Under the pieces are notes generated by a model that worked only from the letters and a program-made list of their open reading frames with translations, was not told the origin of the DNA and did not search any database. This document shows, in pieces, positions 48,006 through 59,788 of a stretch of 64,000 bases of DNA; position 1 is the first letter of the stretch; every line of letters begins with the position of its first letter. The stretch lies in the NCBI GenBank assembly GCA_002269645.1, contig NIVC01002906.1:62001-126000 (forward strand). The letters are read 5' to 3'. This DNA comes from Macrostomum lignano (taxonomy: Eukaryota). A program made the translations under genes and the position numbers.

Positions 48006-49885
48006 ATGCGCATCTGTTTGAGCTGTCGCGAGCCCATCGACGGCGGAGCGGTCGTGTCAGAGGGGAACTTTTATCACCCGGAGCATTTCTGCTGCCACCG
48101 GTGCCGCCAGCCGATTGGCGAGGGCTTTCATTCGTGAGTTAGTCGGAGTGCTAAACTTGATTTCTGCTTCCAGAAGAGTGCGTTTGCGTTGTAAATGAGA
48201 TTCGAACATGCTAGAGCATAATACTTTCCCTTGGGCATCCGCTTCAACAGCTACAAGATGTGGCGCCTGTGCGACAGCTGCTTTCCCAGACCTGTGTGCC
48301 ATTCGAACAATTGCTCTCATCAGGACAGACGGATCGGGCAGAAGTCGGGCACATTCTACCGGCTGCCTACTGGCGACAGGCTTGAAGCATTTCACAGTTC
48401 GCACACTCTCAGGTGTGCTGACATTTTCAAGAAATTTAATGCATAAGATCAACATTTTATTGTTAAATGCACATTTATATTAGATAGGAAGACTTTTGTG
48501 CAAGACAATCAGTTACAGTGCCAATACAGTGGGTAGGGGGAGTGCCAAGGAAGGCTGGGGAGTGCCAAGGAAGGCAGAGGAGCGCCAAAGAAGGCAGGGG
48601 AGTGCCAAGGTAGGGAGTGCCAAGGTAGGGGGAGTGCCAAGAAAGGCATGGGAGCGCCAAGGAAGTCAGGGGAGCGCCAAGGAAGTCAGGGGAGCGCCAA
48701 TGAAGTCAGGGGAGCGCCAAGGAAGTCAGGGGAGCGCCAAGGAAATCAGGGGAGCGCCAAGGAAGTCAGGGGAGCGCCAAGGAAGTCAGGGGAGCGCCAA
48801 GGAAGTCAGGGGAGCGCCAAGGAAGTCAGGGGAGCGCCAATGAAGTCAGGGGAGCGCCAAGGAAGTCAGGGGAGCGCCAAGGAAGTCAGGGGAGCGCCAA
48901 GGAAGTCAGGGGAGCGCCAAGGAAGTCAGGGGAGCGCCAAGGAAGTCAGGGGAGCGCCAAGGAAGTCAGGGGAGCGCCAAGGAAGTCAGGGGAGCGCCAA
49001 GGAAGTCAGGGGAGCGCCAGGGGAGCGCCAAGGAAGTCAGGGGAGTGCCAAGGATACACGGAGGGAGTGTTATATGCACAAAAGAACAAGAGAGAGCCGG
49101 ATGTACGCTCGTATTGGATGTCAAAGAAGGCATGTGAAGTGCCAAAATAATCACTCGCATTCCCCTAAACAATCTTGCTTCACTGCAGGTGCTGCGTCTG
49201 CGGTCGCGGCATCTTCTGCGCCGGGGCGCCGGCCTCCGAGAGCCTCGCCTATCACCTGAACGACGGCCGGCCCAACTGCACGCGCTGCTACTATCATCTA
49301 AACCAGTTCGGACGCTGGCAGCGCCTGCCGGACACCACGGCGGACAGCAAGTCGGCGGCCGGTACCAAGAGATTCCAGCCGCCATTGCCGGACGAAATGG
49401 CGCCGCTTGCTCAGGCGGAGCAGCAGCAGCAGGCGCAGCAACAGACGCAACTGGCGCAACAGCTTGCAAACCCGCCCAGTCAAGATAAGCAGATCGATTC
49501 TCTTCCACTTCCCGCGCAGACAAGATCAGATCAGAAAAACCGGCCAGATAAGCAGAAGAAGCGGGATCAGAAAAAGCAGGATAAAAAGATGGGGGAACAG
49601 AAGATCCCGGCCAAATCTGCCCGGAGTAAAACGGCCCCGGCCACGGCCAGACAAAAGACGCCGGACAAGAAGCCGCCCGCTAAGAAGGCGCAGCCGAGCC
49701 AGAAGAAGACGCCGGCGGGTCAGAAGCAGGCGCGGAGTGCCAGCCAGCCGGAGCGGCCCAAGCCGTCGGCACCGAGTGGCGGCTCGAAACCCCGCGCCGC
49801 AGCCAAGCAGCCGAAGACGCCAAAGCAGAGCAAGCCAAAGAGTCAGAAGAGCAGCAAACCGAAGGGTCGCAAAGGCAAGCGATAG
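48006..49885 (+). CDS. Two-LIM-domain protein with Lys/Pro/Gln-rich C-terminal tail, ~328 aa from ATG 48006; exons 48006-48133, 48251-48412, 49189-49885 (may extend upstream via acceptor at 47984)
   Basis: LIM1 reads CLSC...YHPEHFCCHRC...LCDSC across a phase-2 intron (GTGAGT / AACAG). LIM2-like reads CHSNNC...FHSSHTLRCCVC...NCTRC across a second phase-2 intron (AG|GTGTGC / CTGCAG). Confidence 0.8.
48540..49052. repeat. 20-bp intronic minisatellite (GGAAGTCAGGGGAGCGCCAA)
   Basis: Exact period of 20 over 48651-49020. Lies in the LIM gene intron 48413-49188. Confidence 0.95.
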
Positions 49886-50164
49886 ATGAGGAATCCGCTG
49901 ACTTAAAGAATCACTGCGCTGAAGATTAACGTACTTATAGCGTATTAACGTATAACGTTACGTATCTTATTATCAAATTATAGCTATTTAGCTTTAGGTA
50001 TAGCTCTGGTATGACACTTTACCTGTATATGTTGAACTCTATTTGCTTTTTCTTGGCCCGTGTCCGCCCCTTGACCTGCCTCTCTCCTTCTGGCAATCTC
50101 CAGAAGCTATACCTTGGATATAGCTTCTCGGGATAGCTGCCCCGGGATGGATTTAAAACGAAAA

Positions 50165-52796
50165 AACAGATCATGGATAGAGACACAATCAGATAAACAG
50201 ATCATGGATAGAGACACAATGGGATAAATAGATCATGGATAGAGACACAATCAGATAAACAGATCATGGATAGAGACACAATCAGATAAATAGATCATGG
50301 ATAGAGACACAATCAGATAAATAGATCATGGATAGAGACACAATGGGATAAATAGATCATGGATAGAGACACAATGGGATAAACAGATCATGGATAGAGA
50401 CACAATGAGATAAACAGATCATGGATAGAGACACAATGAGATAAACAGATCATGGATAGAGACACAATGAGATAAACAGATCATGGATAGAGACACAATG
50501 GGATAAATAGATCATGGATAGAGACACAATGGGATAAACAGATCATGGATAAAGACACAATGAGATAAACAGATCATGGATAGAGACACAATCAGATAAA
50601 CAGATCATGGATAGAGACACAATGAGATAAGCAGATCATGGATAGAGACACAATGGGATAAATAGATCATGGATAGACACAATGAGATAAACAGATCATG
50701 GATAGAGACACAATGAGATAAATAGATCATGGATAGAGACACAATGAGATAAATAGATCATGGATAGAGACACAATGAGATAAACAGATCATGGATAGAG
50801 ACACAATGGGATAAATAGATCATGGATAGAGACACAATCAGATAAACAGATCATGGATAGAGACACAATGAGATCAACAGATCATGGATAGAGACACAAT
50901 GAGATAAACAGATCATGGATAGAGACACAATCAGATAAACAGATCATGGATAGAGACACAATCAGATAAATAGATCATGGATAGAGACACAATCAGATAA
51001 ATAGATCATGGATAGAGACACAATGGGATAAATAGATCATGGATAGAGACACAATGGGATAAACAGATCATGGATAGAGACACAATGAGATAAACAGATC
51101 ATGGATAGAGACACAATGAGATAAACAGATCATGGATAGAGACACAATGAGATAAACAGATCATGGATAGAGACACAATGGGATAAATAGATCATGGATA
51201 GAGACACAATGGGATAAACAGATCATGGATAAAGACACAATGAGATAAACAGATCATGGATAGAGACACAATCAGATAAACAGATCATGGATAGAGACAC
51301 AATGAGATAAACAGATCATGGATAGAGACACAATGGGATAAATAGATCATGGATAGAGACACAATGAGATAAATATATCATGGATAGAGACACAATGAGA
51401 TAAACAGATCATGGATAGAGACACAATGGGATAAATAGATCATGGATAGAGACACAATGAGATAAACAGATCATGGATAGAGACACAATGAGATCAACAG
51501 ATCATGGATAGAGACACAATGAGATAAACAGATCATGGATAGAGACACAATCAGATAAACAGATCATGGATAGAGACACAATGGGATAAATAGATCATGG
51601 ATAGAGACACAATGAGATAAATAGATCATGGATAGAGACACAATGAGATAAACAGATCATGGATAGAGACACAATGGGATAAATAGATCATGGATAGAGA
51701 CACAATGGGATAAATAGATCATGGAAAGAGACACAATGAGATAAATAGATCATGGATAGAGACACAATGAGATAAACAGATCATGGATAGAGACACAATG
51801 GGATAAATAGATCATGGATAGAGACACAATGAGATAAACAGATCATGGATAGAGACACAATGAGATAAACAGATCATGGATAGAGACACAATGAGATAAA
51901 CAGATCATGGATAGAGACACAATGAGATAAACAGATCATGGATAGAGACACAATGAGATAAACAGATCATGGATAGAGACACAATGGGATAAATAGATCA
52001 TGGATAGAGACACAATGAGATAAACAGATCATGGATAGAGACACAATGGGATAAATAGATCATGGATAGAGACACAATGAGATAAATAGATCATGGATAG
52101 ACACAATGAGATAAACAGATCATGGATAGAGACACAATGGGATAAATAGATCATGGATAGACACAATGAGATAAACAGATCATGGATAGAGACACAATGA
52201 GATAAACAGATCATGGATAGAGACACAATGAGATAAACAGATCATGGATAGAGACACAATGGGATAAATAGATCATGGATAGAGACACAATGAGATAAAC
52301 AGATCATGGATAGAGACACAATGAGATAAATAGATCATGGATAGAGACACAATCAGATAAACAGATCATGGATAGAGACACAATGAGATAAACAGATCAT
52401 GGATAGAGACACAATGGGATAAATAGATCATGGATAGAGACACAATGAGATAAACAGATCATGGATAGAGACACAATGAGATAAACAGATCATGGATAGA
52501 GACACAATGAGATAAACAGATCATGGATAGAGACACAATGAGATAAACAGATCATGGATAGAGACACAATGAGATAAATAGATCATGGATAGAGACACAA
52601 TGAGATAAATAGATCATGGATAGAGACACAATGGGATAAATAGATCATGGATAGAGACACAATGAGATAAATAGATCATGGATAGAGACACAATGAGATA
52701 AACAGATCATGGATAGAGACACAATGAGATAAACAGATCATGGATAGAGACACAATGAGATAAACAGATCATGGATAGTGACAGAATGAGATAAAC
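50165..52796. repeat. 31-bp minisatellite (AGATCATGGATAGAGACACAATGAGATAAAC), ~85 copies
   Basis: Period of 31 (50168 to 50199). Largest single array in the window. Confidence 0.97.
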
Positions 52797-53189
52797 CGAC
52801 CAATGGGAGACAGACCATGCTTTATCGTTCTCACCTTACATTACATTTCATACTCTTACATTTAATAATTGATTTGAAGCGCATTGAATTGAAGTCATTA
52901 TTATAAACTAATAAGGAAGGAAGGAAGCAGACTTATAAGATTTTATTTTTGAACTTGTAGCCATAAAATTAGTTTGTTAATTCTTTATTTATAACAAAAA
53001 ACAGTTTCTTGCAGGCACAAGGAGATCAGGCACTACAAGGGACTCAAACATAGGCTAAAGGCTTGATCAAATAAAAACTGGGTTTACAAATAAAAAATTA
53101 GCATTCTTAGGTATTTCCCCAGAAAAAAACTTATTAACAAAAATTAGGAACTCTTCTTTGAATGCGCTTCTTAATTTCGAATCGAGAAG

Positions 53190-53431
53190 GACTCGAAAGG
53201 TCAAACTGAAATGTCGGGGGTTCGATTCTCGACCCACTCGGAACAATTTGTGTCCTTGAGCAAGACACTTAACTCTGCATTGTTTCAGTTCACCCAGCTG
53301 TAAAATGGGTGCCAGCATTAGCTGGGGTAATTGAGGGTGTGTGGCGACCCCCCAGTCCAATGGCAGCGGCTGAGCTGTCGGTTGCACATCTGCCCATTAG
53401 GACAGGTGTTAAGCAATTATTATTACTATTA
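53190..53431 (+). mobile_element. tRNA-derived SINE with CORE-like central domain and (TTA)n tail
   Basis: B-box GGTTCGATTC at 53219-53228, then TGTGTCCTTGAGCAAGACACTTAACTCTGCATTGTTTCAGTTCACCCAGCTGTAAAATGGG resembling the MIR/CORE consensus (TGTGACCTTGGGCAAGTCACTTAAC...CATCTGTAAAATGGG). TTATTATTA tail at ~53417-53431. A-box not clearly seen. Confidence 0.75.
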
Positions 53432-53678
53432 GAATGAAGGAGAAGGAAAGCGGGGATCAGGGAGAAGAGAAATGAACTGAGGGAAAATGGAAAATGGAGC
53501 AGAACACCAAAGTATTCAAAGTCGTAGTAAAGTGCCAGCCTGCAGAGCATTGCGTTACCTCCGCGCTAAAACACCGCAAGAAACCAAAGCCCAGATCATG
53601 TACATAGGAATTAAGCAGCGAGTTTGCCTCAGTCATCCAAGGCTACAGTGATGGCGAGGCTTCCTTCAACAGCGCCAG

Positions 53679-56206
53679 CTATTTTGCTGCCGCGGCGGGC
53701 GCCGCCGGAGTCGCTGACGGAGTAACGCCCCGGGCCATTTGGTCCTGCACCGCGCGCACCACCTCCTCCATGTCCATCAAGTGGTCGCGGATTTTCTCCA
53801 TCTTCTCTGGCCAGTCCAGGCTCTGCAAATGAGGATCGTGCCGCTTCAAGCAGCGCGTGGCCACGTTGTCGATGGCCCGGAGGGTCATGCCGTAGGCCTC
53901 GCTGCGGTCGCGGATCCGCTGGATAACATAGGACACCTGCTGCTCGTGCTGCTCCTGGGTGCCCTTCTGCCGCTCTGTGGCCTCGTGCAGCTCAGCCAGC
54001 TGTGAATTCTTTGACAGCACGTCCCTGGCGTGGTCGGCCTTCAGGCGGGACTCGCGATCGCGGGTTTCCTGGATCTGCTCCTGCACGGAGGACATCTGGG
54101 CGTAGAGACGGTTAAACGTGTCCTCCAGGGTGTTGTAGCGCATGATCAGGCCGCCGATCACGTTGTCGGACACCTGCGATGGGCGCGTGGCGGCGTTGTC
54201 GGATTTTAATTCGATTGCCGCGCGTCAAGATCACCCTGGCCTGACAACCCTGAGCCCCTGATACCTTCACAACCCTGACATCCTGATGACCTCGTGACCC
54301 TGATAAAATTGAGGTCTCTATGACTCTGACGCCCAGACGACCGTGGTGATCCTATGAACCTGACACCCTGATAAATCTGACACCCTGATGACCCTGACAC
54401 ACTGATGACCCTGACGCCCTGATGACCCTGACACCCTGATGACCCTGACATCCTGATGACCCTGACACCCTGATGACCTTGACACCCTGATGACCCTGAC
54501 ACCCTGATGACCCTGACACCCTGATGACCCTGACACACTGATGACCGTGACTCCTTGATAACCCTGACACCCTGATGACCCTGACACACTGATGACCCTG
54601 ACACCCTGATGACCCTGACACCCTGATGACCCTGACACCCTCATCACCCTGACACCCTGATGACCCTGACACCCTGACACCCTGATGACCCTGACATCCT
54701 GACACCCTGATGACCCTGACACCCTGATGACCCGACCCTAACACCCCGAAAACGCTAACAATCTCCAGATCGCCCCAGAAGATTAATGGAATTCCCGACA
54801 CTCAAAATAGCTCCTTTTGTGACTTCCAACGACCCTTGAAATCCTTAATAAATCCAAAGTCTGACACTGAACTATGACCTTAGCGCTTCGAGTATAGTCA
54901 GAGCATTGAACAGAGAATCCAGTGTATTGATGAGCGATTGCCATCATCCCTAAGGCCTGCACCAACCTTGATATAATCTGGCGGCAGAATATCCACCACG
55001 CTAGTCATGTAGGTCTCAAATTTTCGGTACGCCTGCACTTTAGCGCTGAGCACGGCCTGCTTCCGCCGCAGCAAAGCCAGGTAAGACTGCAGCTCCTCCT
55101 CTTCGCGCTCTTTGAATGCGCGCAGGCGCGACTCCGTCTGGTAGCGCTGGATGGCTCGGCGCCGCTTGGCCTCGTTCTCCTGGATGAACTTCTCGAACTT
55201 GCCCACTCGGTCTTTCATGGCCTGCTGCTTCTCGGCCAGCACGATCTGCGGTTCGGGGGTTCGGCCACTTGCTGATAAATTTTTATCTCAGTTCTTTATC
55301 TACCTCTCATCCTGCTTACTATCTACCTCTCACCCTCTGCCTATTGATTTATATCTACCTCTCACCCTCTCCCTATTGCTTTATATCTACCTCTCACCCT
55401 CTCCCTATTGCTTTATATTCACCTCTCACCCTCTCCCTATTGCTTTATATCTACCTCTCACCCTCTCCCTATTGCTTTATATCTACCTCTCACCCTCTCC
55501 CTATTGCTTTATACCTACCTCTCACCCTCTCCCTATTGCTTTATATCTACCTCTCACCCCTCCTTCCTGCGTTGTATCAACCTCTAACCCTCTTCCTTCT
55601 GGTTTCTAGGTGTGTCTGTTGTGTCTGCCTCTCATCAGCTCCCTTTTACCATCTCTCTCATTCCCTACGAGTATCTCTGCATTCTTACCCCCATTTCTAC
55701 TTATACCGCGCCTCTTCTCACTCTCTCTCTTTTACCCTCTGCACACACTCTCTCTCCATCTGCTAAAATCTTCCAGAATTCACTGCTTCCACAGCGAGTT
55801 TGTCGCCATTATTTGAGTAAGCTATTTTGCAACCGCAAACCTTTTTGCTCTCGCACTCTCGCATTCGATCTTGAAACTCGCGTCGCTTCTGCAGCAGATC
55901 GCTATCGATTTTGCTCAGCTCGGCCTCCTTCTTCAGCACTAGCGTCTTCTGCAGCGTGTTCACCCCGGTGTCCAGGAGCCGCGCCCCGGTCTCCGACACC
56001 ACGGGGACCTCGCGGACGAGGTCCTCCTCCTCGGCCTGGTTGAGCTGGGTGACGAACACATTTCGTTGATGAGGCCCCAGCTCGAGTCGGGCCGAGGCCG
56101 GGTCCGGCAGCTTCGACTCCTCGGCTTGGCTGTCTTCTGTTGCTGTCGCCTGAGAAATGGTTGGTCTTGTGTGTAAGCTGGAGGCCTGCCCGGATTGCTT
56201 AGCCAT
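53679..56206 (-). CDS. DUF4200 coiled-coil protein of the CCDC42/CFAP73/CCDC197 family, ~379 aa; exons 56206-55841, 55245-54967, 54173-53679
   Basis: Motifs NVFVTQL...GVNTLQKTLVLKKE...RREFQDRMREC and KFEKFIQENEAKRRRAIQRY...FETYMTSVVD...LIMRYNTL. Three phase-0 GT-AG-joined exons. Exact subfamily not determinable by eye. Confidence 0.78.
54232..54735. repeat. 17-bp intronic minisatellite (GATGACCCTGACACCCT)
   Basis: Period of 17 at 54421-54438. Lies in intron 2 of the DUF4200 gene. Confidence 0.9.
55318..55560. repeat. 32-bp intronic minisatellite (CTACCTCTCACCCTCTCCCTATTGCTTTATAT), ~7 copies
   Basis: Lies in intron 1 of the DUF4200 gene. Confidence 0.9.
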
Positions 56207-59023
56207 GGCATTGTGACAGTGCACATTAACAGTTGAAATTCGTGAATAAAAATTTGTATAAACAAAATTGTGATATTAATTTTAATGGTGATTGTGAGTG
56301 TCTTTTCATAATTCTTTTTTGATTGATATACAAAAGTCAGTGGCGCAAGCAGAGAGGAGTGTGATGGGCCTGTATTTTTCCTAACACTTTTCGGATTTCC
56401 TACGAAGGTAAGGCGACCTCTCCTCTGGTTGTGCGACAGTCAATAGTCAGCAAATATCAATTAGTATGCATGTGAGAGCATATGGCTCGTAAAACTAGAT
56501 AAAAATTATTTTGCACTTTTTGTTTGTGAAGTACAACTTTCTTTTACAAGCATTTGTGAATTTTCGTTAAGAAGGATAATTATTTGATAGCAGTAAATGG
56601 AAGAAAATGATGGGTATGAACCAAGACACGTACAATTTCATATTTGCATTCGAAACAGTTGAAAACGCTGAAAAAGAATATAACAAAAATTATCTATATT
56701 ATGAAAGCCTAAGGACATACATGCAAACAAAAAAGTTACAATTATCTCTTCAAATGCAATTTAAAAGCTGCTCATAGAGACATAATGCTTAACTTTATTT
56801 TGAAGTGGTAAAATTCAGAATTTGTAGAAACAGCCTTGAGAACCAAATAAGATAATTAGATATAATATCAACTAATTTGTAAAGTCAGCATTGTCTAGAT
56901 ATATTGATTTTTTGAATCAAAATATAAGTTATTATATATAGAATAAATAAAGAAACAAAGCAAAATAATCAGTAAATCTAAATCTACTTAAAAAATAAGA
57001 TAAATAACTCTAAACAGCCAACAGATTTGATGTACTCGTACTCATACTTCATAAGCTACATAGTAAATATAGTATGTAAATTAGAGTTGATTGTCTCAGT
57101 GAGCTGGCTCTAGTATTCACTCTAGTGATACTAGAGTGAGCTGGCTCTAGTACAGTAATTGAAACATATACAAATTCACGAGCATTATCGTCATTTGCAC
57201 TCTATTTACCGAACGGAAGTGTATGATTGCCCAGTATTTTTCTATTATCTAAAGTAACGTGTATTTATTCATTCATATGCAAGTGGCTGGAAATTGAAGG
57301 TCTTCAAAAATGTCTTATATAAGGGTGAAATGATTGTTTCTTTCCTTAAATAGTAAAAATGAAATACAGTACAGTAGAACATACTTTTGGGTCTGCTTTG
57401 TTCCCAAATGTATGCTTTTAATGAAACAAAAACGAAATATTTTACACTATCATTGTAATCCCCAGGTAAAAATCTTCTAAATGAATTTCCAATTAAATGT
57501 GACAAAGTGAGTCCGTATTCATGATCAAATACCCTATTGGAGTTTGATCGATACTTCTTTTAAATTGGGCGACATGGTCCCTTCAGAAAATTGTTTAAGT
57601 TGTAGAACATTAAAAGCTCCTGTGAGTCGACAACAACTGTGCTGGTCTAGAGTAAAAAAGCAAGTTTAAAAAAATAACATTTTTTTAATGTATTTAAATA
57701 ACTTTTATTTTTATTTATTCTTAAAGCAAAGTTTTTATCGTAGACAGTTTTTGTTTTAAACTCTACAACTACAATCCGGCGTTAGTTCGTAGCTTCGGGC
57801 TACGAATCGTATCAAGGTTTTAGATCCTAGATCTTGGACTAATTTTTCTCCTAAAAGCAAAGAGAGCACGATACTCAAAAGAGTAATTTAATAACCCTGA
57901 AAAATTTGGATGGGACTGCTTCATTTTCTTATCGGAAATTTCAAAAGTCGGATGCCTCTATATCCGATACAAAAAAGAAATGGCACATTTTTGGTTGAAT
58001 TTGGCGACATCATGTGGCAAGATAAATATAAACTAATAGACTAATTCAAAAAAGATTTTAAATCAACGAGGAATTAAAAAAGACAGGTGATAATGCCTAC
58101 AGCAAAATAGAATTTATGACTGGCAAAGTTCAAAATTAAATTCAAATTAAAAAATACTTTCACAAAGCTAAAAAACCGCGGCCGATCCCCTTAATCGACA
58201 TAGTACACTAATTTTTAAAAGGGCCTTGAGTAAGTTGATCGTTCTATGTTCGAGAAAAAAAGCTTTTTTTTCTACTACGCTTAAATTTTTATGGCTTGGT
58301 GCATACTACTAGCTACAACATGTATACTGTAGCTATAGAATAACTATATGATGGGCCACTCAGGCATAAACACTTGGCAAAAAACAGCTTCGTACTTTCA
58401 GTTCAGTAGCAGTGAAGAATACATAAGCTATTTTATAAGAATAAAGGCAGCTGAGTTGACTTTGATAGGTTTAGAAGCCCAAGCTTGCTTTTGGTTCATC
58501 CAAAATATAGCCATGTACTGAAGTTTACAAGGCAGATTATTTAGGCTGGAACAACCGAGGAAAGTAATAAAAATTGGGTGGCGTTGTAGGGGTAGAGGTT
58601 CTGTGTAGTTTGAGGGTTTAAGCCTTGGCTTTTAAAATACATTGAAATGCTTCGATCAGTTTAACTTACTACTGAGCTGAAAAGTAGCTTGCACGCAAAT
58701 GTGCTTATAGTGGGCCATCTAGTTATTCTAGCTCTCTATTTTCATAAAACGTTTTGCTATGTACATATTCCTAATTGGTCAGACGCGCAGCACCATAATA
58801 AAAACAATTTTCAAGCTATTAAACTGTTCCATAAAGATAATTGACTTCACCTCCGCGTCGCAATTATTCATTGGTCCTGAGTAAAAAAGCTTTTTTTCTC
58901 GCCTTTCATTGGTTGATCGATGAATGTTTTCACTTCCTTCCTCCCGAAAAAGCCCTGCTAGATATCTGAGGTTTGCTAGTATGCAACTCTGGCTTTAGTT
59001 CTAAGAAATTACAGTCCGCAAAT

Positions 59024-59788
59024 ATGCCGCAGCTGCTGCACCTTCTGCCACTGTACATCTCGCTGCTGTCACTGCCGACTGTTCGTCACTGCAGCGCACA
59101 GACGTGCCGCAACCGCTACTCTCCAATCAACGGCTCCCTGTGCATCCGGCCTGAGTTCACTCGCACCATTCCCGAGGTGAGCTCCGAGCAGCCCTGCGCT
59201 TTCCTGTGCAGCCGGGAGCCCAGCTGCCAGGCCTTCACCACCGCCGCCGGACCCTGCCAGCTGTTCGTGTTCGACAGGTGCAGCAAGTCGGTGAGGAACT
59301 GCAGCAGCTGCTCCCTCAGAGGTCGCCTGCTCGTCAAGCAGCAGTCGGGTCTCCCGCCCGGCTCGCTGTGTCCGTCTGACTTCGGCGACGACCGGTGCGG
59401 AGTGAAGTACAGACTATACTCTGAGTTGGGTTACTGGGCAGCTCAGAAGCAACGGTGCGAGTTCGGTGGCGGCCTGGCAATGATGGCGGATGCGGTGGAC
59501 TTAGCCGAGATGGACTACATCAACCAGCTGTACACCAAGTACAGTCTGAACCTCAATCTGTTCCTGGACGGCTACCAGCCAGCAGGCAGTGCGGAGCCGC
59601 GAGGAGGCTGGGTGTGGAGCACCTGCGGCATCACCGTGAATGAGAGTCTGTGGTACGGCCATGAGCCCGACAACAACGGCGGTAACGAAGAAGCCCTCGC
59701 CAGAGGGTCGTCTACGGGACGGCTTCACGACGTGCGACAGAACACGGACAGGGGCGTCGTGTGCGAGTGCGTGTCACCCTTTGACTAG
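59024..59788 (+). CDS. Secreted intronless protein: signal peptide, PAN/Apple-like module and C-type lectin domain, 254 aa
   Basis: ATG 59024 MPQLLHLLPLYISLLSLPTVRHCSA (signal-like). CAFLCSREPSCQAF...C is PAN-like. The lectin domain reads YW...RC...LFLDG...WVW...WYGHEPDNNGGNEE...LHDV...VVCEC. Confidence 0.85.
   Translation: MPQLLHLLPLYISLLSLPTVRHCSAQTCRNRYSPINGSLCIRPEFTRTIPEVSSEQPCAFLCSREPSCQAFTTAAGPCQLFVFDRCSKSVRNCSSCSLRGRLLVKQQSGLPPGSLCPSDFGDDRCGVKYRLYSELGYWAAQKQRCEFGGGLAMMADAVDLAEMDYINQLYTKYSLNLNLFLDGYQPAGSAEPRGGWVWSTCGITVNESLWYGHEPDNNGGNEEALARGSSTGRLHDVRQNTDRGVVCECVSPFD

Noticed and set aside
53190-53260. Possible tRNA gene (GGTTCGATTC T-loop/B-box)
   Set aside because: No cloverleaf is recognisable, and it is followed by a CORE-like domain and TTA tail, so it was called a SINE.
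56338-56441. Possible ~100-bp CAGTGGCGCAA-type MITE (similar end at ~35556-35570)
   Set aside because: The inverted match is weak and no TSD is present.
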